Shown here in pieces: positions 57,940 through 64,000 of a DNA stretch of 64,000 nucleotides (its first letter is position 1; each line of letters begins with the position of its first letter). The stretch lies in the NCBI GenBank assembly GCA_951406725.2, contig OX597826.1, positions 48,608,001-48,672,000 on the forward strand, written 5' to 3'. Source of the stretch: Octopus vulgaris (taxonomy: Eukaryota). Made by a program: the position numbers and the translations under genes. Below the pieces are notes generated by a model. That model was not told the origin of the DNA and made no database searches. It was given only the letters and a program-made list of their open reading frames with translations.

Positions 57940-57974
<35 letters not shown>

Positions 57975-58186
57975 ATTTGTGTGTCTGTGTTTGTCCCCCC
58001 AACATCACTTGACAACTGATGCTGGTGTGTTTATGTCCCTGTAACTTAGCGGCTCAGCAAAAGAGACCGATAGAATAAGTACTAGGCTTACAAAGAACAA
58101 GTCCTGGGGTCGATTTACTCGACTAAAGATGGTGCTCCAGCATGGCCACTGTCAAATGACTGAAACAAGTAAAAGAGTAAAAGAGT
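57775..58186 (+). mobile_element. Full-length SINE A
   Basis: Head to gtaaaagag tail; inverted partner at 59688-60045. Confidence 0.9.
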
Positions 58187-58924
58187 ATCTCATCTAGAAC
58201 ATTCTCCAACATGTCCTCTTTTTCTAAGACAGTATTGTATAATGTGAGGGCTGTTTTAATGCTATTTCTAGCATGTCGCATAAGGTTATTTAATTGTCTC
58301 ATCCAACAATGTCCACATAACAGATGTGGGATTCGATAAATATATTTACATTATCAACACATTGTAAAAGCAAATATTAACACAGTAACACATGCATACA
58401 CATGCTGATGACTGTATAAACACATACACTCATGTACGCACACAAACCTACATATACATAATGTGTATATGTGCTTATACATGTGTGTGCATATGTGCAT
58501 GTTTGTGTATACGTATCACCAACATCATCATCATCATTATCATCATCATTATTATTTAATGTCCATTTTCTATGTCAGCATGGGTTGGACTGTTTGACAG
58601 GGGCTGGCAAGGACAGAGGCCAAACCAGGTTTCACAGTCTGTTTTGGATATATATACATCTATGTGTGTGGAGGTGCATGGCTTAGTGGTTAGGGTGTCA
58701 CCACCATGATCGTAAAATTGTGGTTTTGATTCCTGAACTGGGCAACGCGTTGTGTTCTTGAGCAAAACACTTCATTTCACGTTGCTCCAGTTCACTCAGC
58801 TGGCAAAAATGATTAACGCTGCAATGAACTGGCATCCCGTCCAGCTGGGGAACACATACGCCATTGAAACCGGGAAACCGGGCCCATGAGCCTGACTAGG
58901 CTTTAAAAGTGCGCATTTATTTAT

Positions 58925-58968
<44 letters not shown>

Positions 58969-59140
58969 TGGTAAAGTAAAAAAATTCACTTTACCACACA
59001 CCGAACTTTTCAGAAATAGCAGCCAAAAATATGGCTATTTCTTCAACTGCAAATAAAAGTCTCCAGACAATGCATACTCAGAAAATAACTCACATAGGTA
59101 TAAGGGAAAAACAATGAAAGATCACATCCATATACGATAC

Positions 59141-59200
59141 CCGAGGACAGTCTGTTTCTGGATTTGTGGGTAAAACGCCACTTTTCCTTCATCAGCTCAG
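59141..59200 (-). ncRNA. Hammerhead ribozyme motif
   Basis: ctgag-CTGATGA-a-gga...tcc-a-GAAAC-AG-a-CT-GTC-ctcgg; near-palindromic stem III ACAG(a)CTGT; GUC triplet. Confidence 0.7.
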
Positions 59201-59415
59201 AGATTTCTTCTGATTTAGATTTGAAAATACTAAGAATCAAACATACCCGTCCGATATCTGTAACATCGGACAAACCATGCCAGACACCCAGTACTAGCGA
59301 ATCCAAAAATACGAATGAGATCTATTATTCTCCCTGTCCACCCACGTGAGTCATAGAGCATTACATTTCTACAGAGGTAAAAACTGCAGTTCAAATTCTT
59401 GGAGAGAATTATATT

Positions 59416-59646
59416 GTCATCAAAAAGGGGGTAGAATTAATTAATTGTTAATAAATTCGACCAAGCAGTATTCGGTATATTTGAAGTATTAATTTTTACT
59501 TTTTTTACTTTTTTTACTTTTTACTTTTTTACTTTACCATATTTTTATAAATTAATACTTCAAATACACCGTAAATGGTCTTTACATACCGAATACTGCT
59601 TGGTCGAATTTATTAACAATTAATTAATTCTACCCCCTTTTTTGAT

Positions 59647-59649
<3 letters not shown>
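59416..59649. repeat. Near-perfect inverted repeat (~63-bp arms) with internal rearrangement
   Basis: gtcatcaaaaagggggtag...tcggtat is inverted at 59586-59649. Confidence 0.85.
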
Positions 59650-59688
<39 letters not shown>

Positions 59689-60045
59689 TTTTATTTGTTT
59701 CAGTCATTTGACTGCGGCCATCCTAGAGCACCGCCTTTAGTCGAGCAAATCGACCCCAGGACTTATTCTTTGTAAGCCCAGTACTTATTCTATCGGTCTC
59801 TTTTGCCGAACCGCTAAGTGATGGGGACGTAAACACACCAGCATCGGTTGTCAAGCAATGCTAAGGGGACAAACACACATATATATATATACATATATAC
59901 GACAGGCTTCTTTCAGTTTCCGTCTACCAAATTCACTCACAAGGCATTGGTCGGCCCGGGGCTATAGCAGAAGACACTTGCCCGAGATGGGACTGAACCC
60001 GGAACCATGTGGTTGGTTAGCAAGCTACTTACCACACAGCCACTC

Positions 60046-60446
60046 AACAGTAGAAGAACAGGTGTCAATCTGTTATAGCTGTTTCTAACGACTTCGTTAA
60101 TTGATTAATGAATGCATTTCATCATTGTAAAGAAACCATTTTCGTCAGATGAATTCATGAACTTCAAACATAAAGGGCATCCAGAATAATTTAACATATT
60201 TTAAAATCCATGGGGCAAAAACATTTACAGTGATTCTGCAACTGAAATAGTTGTAGAACCACTGTAAATATTTTTGCTCCATAGATTTTAAACTATGTTA
60301 AATCATTCTCAATGTCCTTTATTTTGAAGTCCATGAATTCATCTGACAAAAATGGTTTCTTTACAATCATGTAATGTTTTTTATTAATCAGTTAAAGGAG
60401 TCATTAGAAACAGCCACAATAGATTGACACCTGTTCCTCTACTGTT
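60046..60446. mobile_element. 400-bp fold-back element with degenerate CTGACGA...GAAACAGCT motifs
   Basis: Arms of about 195 bp around a short loop near 60245. Confidence 0.8.
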
Positions 60447-62959
60447 ACTCATTTATATTTTTTCACCTGTCTCGGAATCTGCCCTTCTTAAATATATAGT
60501 GTAATATGATGTACATCTGAATAGTTCAAGAGTGGATTTCTTCACTCAGCTGGGTCTCATTCTCTACATACACTGCAAGAATATCATTCAGCTGGTACTT
60601 ATGTATCAGGTTTGATATTTACATAATATTGTTGTGTGTGTATATTATTTCAACCTAAAACAGTGCCTCAATTTTTTTGTCCAGAACCACATTCCCTGTC
60701 AAACGATCCCTGTCTTGCAAGTTACTTGGTGATCCTGCTTGGTGATGTGTTGATGCCCCCTAAAATCATCCAGTCCATACTGTAAAGTGGTTGGTGTTCA
60801 GAAGGGCATCCAGCTGTAAAAAAAATCATACCAAAACTGACCTCACCTGTACTGGTTCCACAAAGGGCATTCAACCATAAAACCAGGCCAAAACAGACAG
60901 TGAAGCATGGTGCAGTTCTCTGCTTAGCCAGCTCCTACCAAACCTTCCAACCCATGCCAGCATGGAAGGTGGACGTTAAAGGATGATGATGATGATGATG
61001 ATATCATTGTATCAACCAGACTATCAAGTACTGTCATACATCACTGGTCATAATACACTTCCAATTCTTTCTTGATTGTGTCATTCTTTCCCATCTTGTC
61101 CCAAATTGCTTAACTAAATCACCTGCCCCTGTTGTAGTGGCCTTCCAAGTGGCCTTTTCTGATCTCTTGGATACCACTCAGCAACTGCATGGGTCCATCT
61201 TCTATGCTGACAGGGGCTGGATGATTCAACGGTTGCCAATGAGCCAGAAGATTTTAATGAAAACCAATATCTGCTTTAGAATCGTTTCTACAGCTGGATA
61301 TTATTCCAACGTTTTCAATGCTTGCATTCTTTAGATGGTTTCCTCTTCCACAGCACCAAGCCATATGTTATTCTTTGTCATCTCTTCCATGAGGTTCAGC
61401 TTCCAGAGATCAGCTTTCACCACTTTTCCCCATGTCTTCCCCAGGTTTCTCCTTCCAAACAAGTTCCTCCCAACTGGGTCTTGTAGCATTTCACTATCCA
61501 ACAGTTATCATCTTTACACACTACATATCTTTATTAATAGTCTCCTTCTATCTCTCTATGCCTTTTTAACATGTGGAGGCACAATGGCCCAGTGTTTAGG
61601 GTAGTGGAATCGCGGTTTCAATTCCCAGACCAGGTGTTGCATGTGTTTATTGAGCGAAAACACCTAAAGCTCCACTAGGCTCCAGCAGAGGGTGCTGGCA
61701 ACTCCTGTTGTACTCTTTCACTCCAACTTTCTCTCACTCTTTCTTCCTGTTTCTTGAGTAACGCTGTGATGGACTGGCATCCCATCCAGCTGGGGGGAAC
61801 ACATACACCATAGAAACCAGGAAATTGGGCCCATGAACCTGGCTAGACTTGAAAAGGGTGCATAAAAATAAAATTAAAAAAACAAGTCAACATAGAATAG
61901 AGTGTAAACATTTAAACCTCATCATTACTTCCCCAAATCCTGCTGTACTTCACATGCAATTTTTGCTCCTCCAAAGTTGTCATGGTGTGTAAGTTGACCT
62001 ACTTGCTTTTGGCAGTAAATTTTAGCCTGAAAAATTTGACTTGATTTATATATCAGAAAATAGGGTGTTATTGTTTAGCCTCAGATCAGCCTATCTTCAA
62101 AGTCCATTGCAGCATTAATCATTTTTGCCAGCTGAGTGGACTGGAGCAATGTGAAATGAAGTGTTTTGCTCAAGAACACAACGCGTTGCCCAGTCCAGGA
62201 ATCAAAACCACAATCTTACGATCATGGTGGTGACACCCTAACCACTAAAGGTAGTCTTATTATGACCATTATTTTGAGCAATACATATAATCTGTGGAGG
62301 TACATGGCTTAATGGTTAGGGTGTTGGACTCATGACCTCACCTGTACTGGTGTTGGCTTAATGGTTAGGGTGTTGGACTGTGGTTTCAATTCCTGGACTG
62401 GGCGATGATATATTGTGTTCTTCACCAAAACACTTCAGTTCACACTGCTCCAGTCTGCTCAACTGGTACAAACAAGTAGTCCTACGATGGACTAACATCC
62501 TATCCAGGGAAGAATATATACACCAGAAAAACTGGAAAACCAGCCCTATGCTTCTTAAGGAGTAATATGGACTAGTCCCTGCCCCCATTTAATTTGTTGC
62601 CAAATTCAACACCACAAGTTGACCCTTGGGTGTCTTTAGGGCAGTCCATTTAGTTACAAGCATGAAGTTGCAAGGTGAAGTCTCTGGGCACAAGGCCAGC
62701 AATTTTGAGGAGGGGGACTAATCAATTACACCACCCCACCCCCACCCCCCACACACAGTACTCAGCTGGCACTTATTCTATCAAACCTGAAAGGAGGAAA
62801 AACAAAGTTGATCCTGGTGGAATTGGAACTCAGAACATGAAGTTGAAAGACATGCTAGAAATATTGGTTTCAAATTTTGGCACAAGACCAGTAATTTCGG
62901 GGGAGGGGAATTAAATCAATTGCATCAACCCCAGTATGCGACTGGTATTTATTTTATGA

Positions 62960-63195
62960 AGGCGGTGAGCTGGCAGAAACATTAGCACGCCAGGCGAAAT
63001 GCATAGCCGTATTTCGTCTGTCATTACGTTGTGAGCTCAAATTCCGCTGAGGTCGACTTTGCCTTTCATCCTTTCAGGGTCGATAAATTAGGTACCAGTT
63101 ACGCACTGGGGTCGATGTAATCGACTTAATACCTATGTCTGTCTTTGTTTTTCCCGTCTATGTTTAGCCCCTTGTGGGTAATAAAGAAATAGGTA
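62960..63195 (+). mobile_element. Young SINE B nested in an older antisense SINE B
   Basis: ggtatttatttta(t)gaa-type duplication on both flanks. Confidence 0.85.
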
Positions 63196-63386
63196 TTTAT
63201 TTTATGAAACCTCAAAAGGATGAAAGGTAAAAATGACCTCAGTGGAATTTTAACTCAGAACATAAAGACTGACAAAAAGTCTCTGAGCATTTTGTCCTGG
63301 ATGCTACCAATTCTTCCAACTCACTGCTAGAAATATCGGTTTCATATTTAGGCACAAGGCATTCAGATTTGAGAGAGGGTCTAAGA

Positions 63387-63611
63387 CAGGGGTGGGCAAA
63401 CTACGGCCCGTGGGCTGCATGCGGCCCGCCATAGGTTTTCATGCAGCCCGCCGAGAGCTTTTATGAATCCCAACTTCTATGCAGATACTTCGTAACTGTT
63501 TCAGTTGTACAGTAATTCACAATATTTTCACTTGATTTTTATAAATGAGGCCCGCCAAGGTTCCAAAGACACACTGTGCGGCCCGCGATCAAAAAAGTTT
63601 GCCCACCCCTG
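63387..63611. mobile_element. hAT (Charlie-like) MITE, 225 bp
   Basis: 16-bp TIR CAGGGGTGGGCAAACT; perfect 8-bp TSD GTCTAAGA at 63379-63386 and 63612-63619. Confidence 0.95.
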
Positions 63612-63903
63612 GTCTAAGAGGATTACATTGACTCCAGGGTCCAGCTGGTACAAATTTTTCAACCCCTGAAAGAATCATGTGTGATAATGTTGTAATGATG
63701 TAGTAATGGTGCCACAGTGATGTTGTAAGGATGTGGTAATGATGTCATAGACATTGCAGGAATGATGTGGGAATGATTTGCACTTGTTTGGAAATAATGG
63801 ATGGAATGATTGCAGCTTGTTCTATCAGCTCTGTTTTATCAGAGCTGACCTTGGGCTGAGCAACAGCAACAACAACAACAACAACAACGATGACGATGAC
63901 GAC

Positions 63904-63970
<67 letters not shown>

Positions 63971-64000
63971 GTGGTGGTGATGATGATGATGATGATGATG

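Overview
AT-rich, microsatellite-saturated animal genomic DNA. The SINE and microsatellite repertoire strongly resembles Octopus (a coleoid cephalopod); this is recognition of repeat style, not a database result. No intact protein-coding gene is present, and almost all ORFs in the track are microsatellite artefacts. The window looks like the 5' intronic region and probable promoter (about 53-55 kb, with a perfect RFX X-box) of a large minus-strand gene with a few candidate short exons. It is filled with decayed transposons: Tc1/mariner, Penelope (GIY-YIG), R4/Dong-like and HERO-like LINE fragments, two Helitron-type elements, hAT and piggyBac-type MITEs, and at least four SINE-like families. 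The most interesting signal is non-coding. About a dozen minimal type-I hammerhead ribozyme motifs (CUGAUGA...GAAA with a self-complementary stem III) from several unrelated families occur here, mostly inside fold-back (inverted-repeat) elements. One family is a tRNA-headed, (AAT)n-spaced, hammerhead-tailed element that appears to have inserted as a head-to-head palindrome with a target-site duplication, i.e. a candidate Penelope-mobilised SINE/retrozyme hybrid.
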